From: an uncultured Opitutales bacterium
GTDB taxonomy: Bacteria; Verrucomicrobiota; Verrucomicrobiia; Opitutales; Intestinicryptomonadaceae
NCBI GenBank assembly: GCA_934613415.1
Contig: CAKTSY010000005.1
Location: 180,518 to 212,517 of the forward strand
DNA length: 32,000 bases
Direction: 5' to 3'
Of the stretch, positions 19,038 through 26,868 are shown in pieces; position 1 is the stretch's first letter; each line of letters begins with the position of its first letter. The notes under the pieces were generated by a model. The model was given only the letters and a program-made list of their open reading frames with translations. It had not been told where the DNA came from and did no database searches. The position numbers were made by a program, and so were the translations under genes.

Positions 19038-20007
19038 CTTTTTCGAGAATCTGCACGGCGAATTTTTGAATATTTTAAACGCCGTAAAGGGCAAAAAAGT
19101 TGCAATTTTCGGGCATATGCGCCCCGACGGCGACTGCATTGGCTCGCAAACGGCAATGTATTTGCTGCTTAAAAACTTGGGCGTAAAAGACGTTGTTTGC
19201 GTAAATAAAGACCCAGTTCCCGCAATCTGCCAAAAATTTGCCGCCGCCGAATTTGTGCGCGCCGCAAATTTTAACGACACCGACTACGAAATTATTTGCG
19301 TAGACTGCGCAGACTTTGCCCGAACTTTGGAAAACGCCGAAAACGTCTTTAAAAAGCCCTTGGCTTGCATAGACCACCACATAACAAACAAAACCTATGC
19401 AACCTATAATGTTATAAACCCAAAGGCCGCAGCCACTGCCGAACTTTTGGCGGGGCTTATGCTAGACTTAAACATAAAAATTTCGCCCGAGCAGGCAAAC
19501 GCACTATATTTGGGGCTTGCAACCGACACGCGTCAGTTTACCACAAATTCTACAACCGCAACATCGCTTAAAATTGCGGGGCTTTTGATTGAAAACAAAG
19601 CCGACATTGCCTCGATTTCCATAGAGCTTTACCAGCGCGAAAAGTTTGCAAAGCAAAAGCTTTTGGCAAGATATTTAGAATCTATTAAGCTTTACGAAAA
19701 CGGCAAAATTTGCGGCGGCACTATAACCTTAAACGACTACGCGCAAACAGGGGCAACAAAGGAAGATGCCGACGGGCTTGTAGACTTTGCGCGCGCCATA
19801 GACGGCGTGCAAATTGCCTTTGTTGTAGAGGAATTAAAAGACGGGGCAAAGGCAAGCCTGCGCTCGAAAAGCGAAAAGTTTGCAATGAACGAAGTTGCCG
19901 GCTTTTTCGGCGGCGGCGGCCACGCGTGTGCCGCGGGTTGCAATGTTAAAATTGGCGTTGCCGAATTTACCGCAAAACTACTCGAACAACTTGCAAAAAA
20001 ACTCTGA
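19024..20007 (+). CDS. nrnA: DHH/DHHA1 phosphoesterase (NrnA-type oligoribonuclease/pAp phosphatase)
   Basis: GHMRPDGDCIGS, CIDHHITN and GGGGHACAAG motifs. Confidence 0.85.
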   Translation: MANTSFFENLHGEFLNILNAVKGKKVAIFGHMRPDGDCIGSQTAMYLLLKNLGVKDVVCVNKDPVPAICQKFAAAEFVRAANFNDTDYEIICVDCADFARTLENAENVFKKPLACIDHHITNKTYATYNVINPKAAATAELLAGLMLDLNIKISPEQANALYLGLATDTRQFTTNSTTATSLKIAGLLIENKADIASISIELYQREKFAKQKLLARYLESIKLYENGKICGGTITLNDYAQTGATKEDADGLVDFARAIDGVQIAFVVEELKDGAKASLRSKSEKFAMNEVAGFFGGGGHACAAGCNVKIGVAEFTAKLLEQLAKKL

Positions 20008-20013
20008 TATTGT

Positions 20014-20727
20014 ATGGATACCTACGAGGGAATACTTCTTATAGACAAGCATAAAGACTGCACTTCGCACGATATTGTAGATATGGTGCGACGCTGCTAT
20101 AAAATGAAGTCGGTAGGACACGCCGGCACTTTAGACCCCATGGCAACGGGCCTGTTGATTTTGCTTATAGGCAAAGCCACAAAGGTTTCGCAATATCTGA
20201 TGAGTTCCGATAAAACCTACGAAGGCGAAATGACTTTGGGTTGCACAACCAATACGCAAGACGCCGAAGGCGAAATTACCGCCCAAAACGAAGTTCCGGA
20301 TTTTACCCAAGAACATTTGCTTGAAAAAATGAAGTCTTTTTTGGGCGACCAATACCAAACGCCGCCTATGTTTTCGGCAAAGAAAGTAAATGGAGTACCC
20401 CTCTATAAAATGGCGCGCAAAGGCCAAGAGGTAAAACGCGAGCCGCGCTTTATTAGAATTTCCAAATTCGAGCTACTAAACTGGCAAAAGCCTCTCTTGC
20501 AATTTAGGCTAGACTGCAGCAAGGGAACCTATGTAAGAACCATTGCAAACGACTTTGGGCAAGCCTTAGGGTGCGGCGCAATGCTTAGCGCGCTAAGGCG
20601 CACAAAAAGCGGCTCGTTCGACGTTGCAAACGCAATTACAATAGAAGAACTAAAAACATTGCCGCCCTCGCAGCTTCAAAAAAGGCTAATCCCAATAAGA
20701 GACGCTGTTCCAAGCTTTGCGCTGTAA
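20014..20727 (+). CDS. truB: tRNA pseudouridine(55) synthase
   Basis: Catalytic block [18 protein letters not shown]. Confidence 0.92.
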   Translation: MDTYEGILLIDKHKDCTSHDIVDMVRRCYKMKSVGHAGTLDPMATGLLILLIGKATKVSQYLMSSDKTYEGEMTLGCTTNTQDAEGEITAQNEVPDFTQEHLLEKMKSFLGDQYQTPPMFSAKKVNGVPLYKMARKGQEVKREPRFIRISKFELLNWQKPLLQFRLDCSKGTYVRTIANDFGQALGCGAMLSALRRTKSGSFDVANAITIEELKTLPPSQLQKRLIPIRDAVPSFAL

Positions 20728-20730
20728 GAA

Positions 20731-21639
20731 ATGACTTTAAAAGCAAAAAGCGGCTCGGTTTTGGCGATAGGCGTTTTCGACGGCCTGCACAAGGGCCATA
20801 TGAAACTGCTAAACACCGCAAAAAAGCTTGCGGGCAAAAACGGCTTTGCCGTGATGACTTTTAACCCCCACCCCACTTTTGTGCTTAAGGGCAAAACCCA
20901 AGCCTCAAAGCTTATTTTTTCGCCGCAAGAAAGGGTAAAAAAGCTGCAACTTATTGGAGCCAACAAAATAAGGCTGCAAAAGTTCGACAAAAATTTTGCG
21001 AACAAAAGCCCCGAAAACTTTATAAAATTTCTAAAAAAACTGCTGCCCGATTTAAAATATATTGTTGTAGGCGAAAATTTTAGATTCGGCAAAAACGCAA
21101 GCGGCAACATAGATTGGCTAAAGACAAATGCCGAACGCTTTGGCATTGTTCCAGTTAGCGTAAAGGGCGTTAAAGTTGGCGGGCAGTTTGCTAGCGCAAC
21201 GCGTTTGAGAACGGCTCTGCAAAACGGCGACTTAAAGACATTCGAAAAGCTTGCAAATGCGCGCTACACCGCCTGCGGCGTGGTAGAAAAAGGCGCGCAG
21301 CTTGGCAGAAAGCTTGGTTTTGCAACATTAAACATAAAACACGCTCCGCAATGTATGCCAAAGTTCGGAGTATACATAACAAAAGTTTTGTCGCAAAAAA
21401 GCAAAAAAGAATATTTTGCGGTTTCAAACTACGGGGTAAAGCCGTCGGTTGGAAATGCCAAAGTGCCCCTAATAGAAAGCCATATTTTGGGCAAAACAAG
21501 GCTTGGCTACGGCTCGGAAATTAGGGTTGAATTTGTAAAGTTTTTACGCGGCGAAAAAAAGTTTAAGAATTTAGACGAGCTAAAAGACGCCATTGCAAAA
21601 GATGTTTGCGCGGCAAAAAAATATTGGAAAATTAAATAG
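20731..21639 (+). CDS. ribF: Bifunctional riboflavin kinase / FMN adenylyltransferase
   Basis: AIGVFDGLHKGHMKLL N-terminal nucleotidyltransferase block. C-terminal kinase part (GFATLNI, FGVYITKV). Confidence 0.9.
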   Translation: MTLKAKSGSVLAIGVFDGLHKGHMKLLNTAKKLAGKNGFAVMTFNPHPTFVLKGKTQASKLIFSPQERVKKLQLIGANKIRLQKFDKNFANKSPENFIKFLKKLLPDLKYIVVGENFRFGKNASGNIDWLKTNAERFGIVPVSVKGVKVGGQFASATRLRTALQNGDLKTFEKLANARYTACGVVEKGAQLGRKLGFATLNIKHAPQCMPKFGVYITKVLSQKSKKEYFAVSNYGVKPSVGNAKVPLIESHILGKTRLGYGSEIRVEFVKFLRGEKKFKNLDELKDAIAKDVCAAKKYWKIK

Positions 21640-21662
21640 CCAAGTTTGAACTTTACCCATGC

Positions 21663-21701
21663 AAAAAAGGCGTTCCCCAAAAACAGGAAACGCCCTTTTT
21701 T
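21663..21701. terminator. Bidirectional terminator between ribF and dnaJ
   Basis: A6, GGCGTTCC ccaaaaaca GGAAACGCC, then T6. Confidence 0.65.
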
Positions 21702-21722
21702 ATTTACAGCTTTTTGCCGCGG

Positions 21723-22868
21723 TTAAAACATATTCTTAAAAAAGCCACCTTTGGGAACGTCGTCGCCGCAGGCCTTGGCAAATTCTTCCAACGCCTTGCG
21801 CTGTTCCGAAGTAAGCTTTTTGGGAACTTCTACTACAACTTTAACGTATTGGTCGCCCACCTGTGTGCTGTTTAAAACAGGCATACCCTGCTCTTTAATT
21901 CTAAACACGGTATCGGTTTGCGTGCCGGCAGGTATATTAAGAACCGCCTTGCCCCTTACGGTTTTAACCTCTATTTTGCCGCCCATGCAGGCAAGCGTAA
22001 ACTTTATAGGAATTTCGCAATACAAGTCGCTACCCTGTCTTTCAAAGAAAGAGTCTTCGGCAACGTGTATTACAATGTACAAGTCGCCGCATGGCCCGCC
22101 GTCGGGGCCCGCGTTGCCGGCGCCGGTTTTCCTAAGGCGCGTGCCGGTGCCAACTCCCGCGGGAACTTTAATTTTTTCCTCTAAGCGTTCGCGAACCAAC
22201 CCTGTGCCGCCGCAGTCTTTGCAGGGCTTTTCTATAATTTTACCCGTTCCCCCGCATTTGGGGCACGTTTGCGTAAAGCGCATAAATCCGTTCGAAGAGG
22301 TAACTTGCCCGCGCCCCTTGCAGGTTGGGCATGTCTTTTTCTCCGACCCGGGTTCGGCACCCGTGCCGTTGCAGGTTTTGCAGTGCACAAGCCTGTTGTA
22401 TTTTACGGTTTTTTCTACGCCGCTAACGGCTTCCTGCAAAGTAATTTCCAAATCAAAGCGCAAATCGTCGCCGGCAACGGGCTCGTTAGATGCCCTGCCC
22501 GACGAAAAGCCGCCGCCGAAAAACTGGTCGAATATGCCGCCGCCGCCCGAAGACGCGCCGCCGCCGAACATTTCCCTGAACAAGTCGAAGGGATCTTGAT
22601 ACGCGCCGCCGTGAGCTCCCGAAAAACCGCCGCCCATTGCGCCCGAAGTGTACGCTTCGTGGCCCATTCTGTCGTAGGCTGCGCGCTTGTCTTCGTCGGA
22701 AAGCACCTGATAGGCTTCCGAAACCTGTTTAAATTTTTCCTCGGCTTCTTTGTTGCCGGGGTTTTTGTCGGGGTGGTATTTTAAGGCTAGCTTGCGGTAG
22801 GCTTTTTTGATGTCTTGCGCAGTAGCGTCTTTTGCCACGCCCAAAATTTCGTAATAGTCCTGACTCAT
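21723..22868 (-). CDS. dnaJ: Molecular chaperone DnaJ (type I)
   Basis: J domain YYEILGV...HPDKN, a G/F-rich region, and four CxxCxGxG repeats ([32 protein letters not shown]). Confidence 0.95.
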   Translation of the reverse strand: MSQDYYEILGVAKDATAQDIKKAYRKLALKYHPDKNPGNKEAEEKFKQVSEAYQVLSDEDKRAAYDRMGHEAYTSGAMGGGFSGAHGGAYQDPFDLFREMFGGGASSGGGGIFDQFFGGGFSSGRASNEPVAGDDLRFDLEITLQEAVSGVEKTVKYNRLVHCKTCNGTGAEPGSEKKTCPTCKGRGQVTSSNGFMRFTQTCPKCGGTGKIIEKPCKDCGGTGLVRERLEEKIKVPAGVGTGTRLRKTGAGNAGPDGGPCGDLYIVIHVAEDSFFERQGSDLYCEIPIKFTLACMGGKIEVKTVRGKAVLNIPAGTQTDTVFRIKEQGMPVLNSTQVGDQYVKVVVEVPKKLTSEQRKALEEFAKACGDDVPKGGFFKNMF

Positions 22869-22871
22869 ATA

Positions 22872-23597
22872 TTATTTATTCTCCGCCTTTTTGCATACTA
22901 CAACCGACGCGGGCCTTATAAGCCTGTCGTCTAGTCTGTAGCCCAAACGCACAACGTTTACAATTTTGTTGGCTTCGTGCTTTTCGCTTTCTATGCAAGA
23001 AACCGCCTCCTCGAATTTGGGGTCGAACTCGTCGCCCTCGTTCGGGTTAATTTCAACAACGCCGTGCTTTTCGAAAATCTGCTTAATTTGTTTTGCAAGC
23101 ATTTCAAAACCCTGCGCCCAAGTGGGCGATTCCAAATGCTTGTGTATGTTGTCCATAGCCAATGCCAAGTTGTCTAAAACGGGAATCATATCTTCTACAA
23201 AGGGTATTACCGCCGTTTTTACCTGCATTGCCATATCTCTTTGCATTCTGCGCCTGTAGGTGTCGAAAGATGCAACTTCGCGTATGTATAAATCCTTATT
23301 TTTTGCGGCTTGAGCCATCGCAAGCTCTAAATGGGCAAGCAATTCGCTTTCGCGTTGTTTGCATTTACATTCGTCGCCTTCGTTTTTTTGCTCTTGCCCG
23401 TTGTGGCAGCATTCGTGCCCGTCGTGATGGTGGTGACTGTGGCAACATTCGCCGCCATCTTCGTGGTGGTGATGGTTGCAGCAGCAATGCTCATCTTGCC
23501 CGTGCTGGGCGTTTTCGGCGCCGTTTTGCGCCGCGTTTTTGTTGTTTGTGTCGGAGGCATTTTCAGCCCCGTTTTTATTGTTAAATTCTTCCGTCAT
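22872..23597 (-). CDS. grpE: Nucleotide exchange factor GrpE with a Cys/His-rich N-terminal extension
   Basis: C-terminal FDPKFEEAVSCIE...LGYRLDDRLIRPASVVV and the long helix YIREVASFDTYRRRMQRD. ATG 23597 is the only in-frame ATG upstream of the helix. Confidence 0.9.
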   Translation of the reverse strand: MTEEFNNKNGAENASDTNNKNAAQNGAENAQHGQDEHCCCNHHHHEDGGECCHSHHHHDGHECCHNGQEQKNEGDECKCKQRESELLAHLELAMAQAAKNKDLYIREVASFDTYRRRMQRDMAMQVKTAVIPFVEDMIPVLDNLALAMDNIHKHLESPTWAQGFEMLAKQIKQIFEKHGVVEINPNEGDEFDPKFEEAVSCIESEKHEANKIVNVVRLGYRLDDRLIRPASVVVCKKAENK

Positions 23598-23618
23598 AAG
23601 ATAGGGTTATCGTCTAAA

Positions 23619-23647
23619 ATACTCAAATTTAAAGAAAATTTTGTCAA
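23619..23647 (-). promoter_or_regulatory. Candidate sigma-70 promoter of grpE-dnaJ
   Basis: On the minus strand: TTGACA (23647-23642), 17-nt spacer, GAGTAT (23624-19). No CIRCE-like inverted repeat seen. Confidence 0.35.
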
Positions 23648-23652
23648 TATAT

Positions 23653-25554
23653 TTAATTTTCCAAATATTTTGCCGAAAGCCGCTCTATGGCAAGTCTGCA
23701 AATTTGCGAAGAAGGTGATATTTGCTTGGCCCGCAAATAGTTCATTAGTGCCCGTGGGTATTCGCCCGCCTTTTCGGCCTTTTCGGCCGCGGCAACAAAC
23801 TTTGCAAAATCGGCAACAAGGGGGGCTAACTGGGCAATGCGGCGCGCCAAAACGGGATCGTTTGCGTCTATTTTCTTCGCGTTTTCAAGTAGCTCCCACG
23901 CAAAATATTCGTTGTTTTGGGCTTCAAATTCTTTAGATTGCGCAATAAGCATATCTATTTTTGCAATGTTCGACACAATTTGCTTTAGCTTTTGCGCCCT
24001 TTTTTCGTCTTTTACAAACGCCATTGCATATTCTATAGATTCCGCCGAAATGTCTCGGTAGGCCCCGCGCGAATATAGCTCGTCGAACTTGGGAACATAT
24101 TTCGAAATACCGTCGCCTAGACCTACAAGCTCTTCGTTAAGGCGTTCTATTGCGGGGTTTAATGGCCAAATTTTTGCGGCTTGGGTTAAGTTTTTGTCTA
24201 TTTCGGGCAAATTGCCCGACAACGCCGCCTGCTTTGCCGCCATAACGCACATATTGCTTGCCCTTTTTGCCGCTTTAACCTTTGCAAGAGTTTCGGCATA
24301 TGGAAAGTCGCTAACCGACTTTTTCATTTCCGACAAAATAGATTCTATTGCGTCAAAGTCGCGCGAGTCGGCAAGCTCTTTTAAGGTTGCCATATTTTTG
24401 TAGATTTTGTGCAAAACCTTTTTCTTTTCGTAGGGGTAGCTAAGCAAATCTGGCTCGTTTTCGCCAAGAGCAAAAGTTTCCATCAACCTAAGCAAAGCTT
24501 CGTATTTTTCGCCCGAATCGAACAGAGTATCTACAGCCTTTAGCCCCGTTTTTATGTCGTTAGACGCCTCTTGGGCTACCGCCTGCAGCGTGTCGGAAGT
24601 CGGCACAAAATTCGAGATTTGAAAAAAATCGTGCATCTGCTTTTTGCCGACTTCCATATTTTGGAAAGACCCCTTGTAGGTGTTTCGGTAAAAGTCGCAC
24701 GCAATTATTGTGTGAGAAAACCTGCGCGACAGCAGCAAATGAACTATTGTAGACTGAAACTGCAAAACCGACTTTGCGCCCACGGCAACAGTTTCGGCCT
24801 GAGACGCCGTGTATTTTGCGCCTGCCTGCGCCGTTTTTTGAACGGCAATAGCCAAATCGGTTGGACCATGCAACGCCATTGTGCTGGAGGCGTTTGTGTT
24901 GCCCTTTTTGCCGCTTCGCTTAAACGCCATATCCGACGCCCTGTTTTCCAGATAGTTCGAAAAATTTATCTGTTTAGATTCCGCTTCTTTTAGGGCCTTT
25001 TTAAGCTCGTTTTCGGTAATAAGTTTCGACATTCTGTCGTCGCGCATTCGCCACGCGGTGTTTAAGGTGTTGGCAATTGCCAAAGATGCGTTGCCGTCGT
25101 AGTCGTATTCGGCGGCGTCGAAAAGCCTTTTTTGCGCATAGTCTATCGAAGCCGGCGTTATTTCTACATTCTTTACCGAAAGCGTCGCCGAGATTTCGCC
25201 TATAATGTCTTTATAGTCCGACAGGCTTTGCGAGGAAAAGTCTACCGCCAAATAACGCTCGAAACGCGCCTTGAACATGCGCGAATTACCTAGCGAAAAT
25301 GTTTTGCCCTTCCAGTTTAATGTGCCGTTTTCAAGGTCTACAGAATCGCTTTTAACATCGAAAAGCCTGTCGGCAAAATTTTCAGAGGTTTTGCTTTCAA
25401 AAATATTGTCTTTAGAGCCTATGCCCACATTGTTTGTTGCAGGCTGCGCCGGTTGTTGCGCCGGGGTAGTTGCAGGCTGGGCTGCAGACGGCGAAACAAC
25501 CTGCCCCATCGCCAACATCGGCAGCAAATATGCAATGTAAAAAATATTTTTCAT
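23653..25554 (-). CDS. Hypothetical secreted protein (633 aa), helical, with a possibly TPR-like C-terminus
   Basis: Signal peptide MKNIFYIAYLLPMLAMGQ followed by a P/A/Q-rich linker. Long uninterrupted ORF. No family recognised. Confidence 0.7.
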   Translation of the reverse strand: MKNIFYIAYLLPMLAMGQVVSPSAAQPATTPAQQPAQPATNNVGIGSKDNIFESKTSENFADRLFDVKSDSVDLENGTLNWKGKTFSLGNSRMFKARFERYLAVDFSSQSLSDYKDIIGEISATLSVKNVEITPASIDYAQKRLFDAAEYDYDGNASLAIANTLNTAWRMRDDRMSKLITENELKKALKEAESKQINFSNYLENRASDMAFKRSGKKGNTNASSTMALHGPTDLAIAVQKTAQAGAKYTASQAETVAVGAKSVLQFQSTIVHLLLSRRFSHTIIACDFYRNTYKGSFQNMEVGKKQMHDFFQISNFVPTSDTLQAVAQEASNDIKTGLKAVDTLFDSGEKYEALLRLMETFALGENEPDLLSYPYEKKKVLHKIYKNMATLKELADSRDFDAIESILSEMKKSVSDFPYAETLAKVKAAKRASNMCVMAAKQAALSGNLPEIDKNLTQAAKIWPLNPAIERLNEELVGLGDGISKYVPKFDELYSRGAYRDISAESIEYAMAFVKDEKRAQKLKQIVSNIAKIDMLIAQSKEFEAQNNEYFAWELLENAKKIDANDPVLARRIAQLAPLVADFAKFVAAAEKAEKAGEYPRALMNYLRAKQISPSSQICRLAIERLSAKYLEN

Positions 25555-25555
25555 A

Positions 25556-25957
25556 TTAAAGTTTTTCTATTTTTTCGGTTATCAATGCGCCGTTTTTTTC
25601 TACTCTAACCGACAATATATATTTTTGCGCGCCGTTAATGTTTTCTGAAATTTTGTTGGGAACAAAAACCGCCAATATGCCGTTTTTTGTCTTTGCAGAA
25701 AGCACCACACCCGAATTTTGTTTGTTGTCGATAAGGGCCAAACGCGAATCTATTTTAGCTTCAACCCTGTATTTGTTTGGGAAGCACGATTTCGGGTTTT
25801 CGGCATACAGCTCGTAGGGGAAATCGGCATCTTGCGGCGACGATTTTTTAACGTAAAGCACGGTTAAAACCGTTAAAACCGCCAATACGGGAATTAGCAG
25901 GGCTATGAAAATCTGCGTGGATTTCGAATTCATAATAATGTGGTAAATTTTCTGCAT
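25556..25957 (-). CDS. Hypothetical single-TM protein
   Basis: TM FIALLIPVLAVLTVLTVLYV. The stop lies 1 nt before the start of the 633-aa gene. Start uncertain (ATG 25957 or 25933). Confidence 0.55.
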   Translation of the reverse strand: MQKIYHIIMNSKSTQIFIALLIPVLAVLTVLTVLYVKKSSPQDADFPYELYAENPKSCFPNKYRVEAKIDSRLALIDNKQNSGVVLSAKTKNGILAVFVPNKISENINGAQKYILSVRVEKNGALITEKIEKL

Positions 25958-26069
25958 TTTTATGTTGTTTGGGTTAATAGTCAAACCAATAAAAAACAAG
26001 CGACTTCAATAGAATTATTCGCAAAAACAATACATTATCTTTTACAAAAACAAAGTATGCAAAAAAAGC

Positions 26070-26098
26070 TTGATAATATTTGCGCCATAAGGCATAAC
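26070..26098 (+). promoter_or_regulatory. Candidate promoter of tRNA-Ser
   Basis: TTGATA (26070-26075), 17-nt spacer, CATAAC (26093-26098), about 24 nt upstream of the mature 5' end. Confidence 0.3.
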
Positions 26099-26121
26099 AA
26101 AAGGGATATTTTATATAACAC

Positions 26122-26209
<88 letters not shown>

Positions 26210-26221
26210 GTTTTTAAGCGT

Positions 26222-26260
26222 AAAAGGCAGATTTGCACTAAGTTGCGAATCTGCCTTTTC
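26222..26260 (+). terminator. Strong hairpin terminator now following tRNA-Ser
   Basis: AAAAGGCAGATTTGCA ctaagt TGCGAATCTGCCTTTT (12-bp stem including one G-U), followed by TTTTC. Confidence 0.7.
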
Positions 26261-26395
26261 TTATGGTACAACACCCCTGTTTGCAAATGCTTCATCATCA
26301 GGGTTCAACTGGTGCGTTTCACGCTCAGATGTGCGACCAAACAGCAACCTTGTCTCCGCAAAATCCGTTGAGGACGAAACTATTATCCATCTTCC

Positions 26396-26650
26396 TTAAT
26401 AGAGCTCAACATTTTTTTTGATGTGATTGTTATTTTCCAAATCGTCATCGAAAAATATATCTACTACACCATTACGCTTGGAAGATAGATAAATTATGTA
26501 CATGAAAGAAATTTCCTCGTTTGGAGATATTGTATATGAATCCGAGATTTCTTCTATTTGCTCTATGTTATACATTTTTATTCGAACATTTCTTGCGGAA
26601 GATTGCCCGACGTTCTTTATAGCGATGTAGCCTGGTTTATTTGATGCCAA
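26396..26650 (-). CDS. Downstream (-1 frame) part of the split small gene; no start signals of its own
   Basis: The frame is open from 26704. The track start is a TTG with no SD and there is no nearby ATG. Beta-strand-like sequence YIAIKNVGQSSARNVRIKMYN...VVDIFFDDD. Confidence 0.45.
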   Translation of the reverse strand: MASNKPGYIAIKNVGQSSARNVRIKMYNIEQIEEISDSYTISPNEEISFMYIIYLSSKRNGVVDIFFDDDLENNNHIKKNVELY

Positions 26651-26664
26651 TGGACGACGAACAT

Positions 26665-26868
26665 TTATTTCAAAATTAGCTTTTTTTTTAAAAGTAGTTC
26701 TTCTTTAAACTTAGAAAGCTTTAAATCATTAAGTTCAATCTCTTGTTTTTTAATTCGTTTATCATATATAAAAAATCCAATGGTGCAAAAAAGGAAACTG
26801 GATATAGAGATGATAAGAGAAATATCACTCTTCCCCAAAGAAGAAAAGATTTCGTATATTACTTGCAC
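26665..26868 (-). CDS. Small single-TM protein, translationally coupled to res (upstream part of the split gene)
   Basis: GTG 26868 is preceded by GAGGA (26880-26876, 7-nt spacer) inside the last res codons and overlaps res by 10 nt. TM ISLIISISSFLFCTIGFFIY followed by a charged helix. Confidence 0.5.
   Translation of the reverse strand: MQVIYEIFSSLGKSDISLIISISSFLFCTIGFFIYDKRIKKQEIELNDLKLSKFKEELLLKKKLILK
26680..26689 (-). other. A9 homopolymer containing the in-frame A_AAA_AAG slippery heptamer (candidate -1 recoding or slippage site)
   Basis: Minus-strand codons are TTA AAA AAA AAG CTA. Slipping -1 reads GCT AAT TTT GAA..., which is exactly the frame of the downstream ORF. Confidence 0.6.

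Noticed and set aside
23598-23652. Searched for a CIRCE (TTAGCACTC-N9-GAGTGCTAA) operator upstream of grpE.
   Set aside because: No matching inverted repeat is present. Only a sigma-70-like TTGACA-N17-GAGTAT was seen.
26263-26395. Short ORFs (about 52 aa on plus, 20 aa on minus) in the core-like-GC stretch between the tRNA terminator and the AT-rich cargo.
   Set aside because: They have no SD in a sensible position and no recognisable motifs. They may be a gene fragment, but that cannot be supported from the sequence alone.
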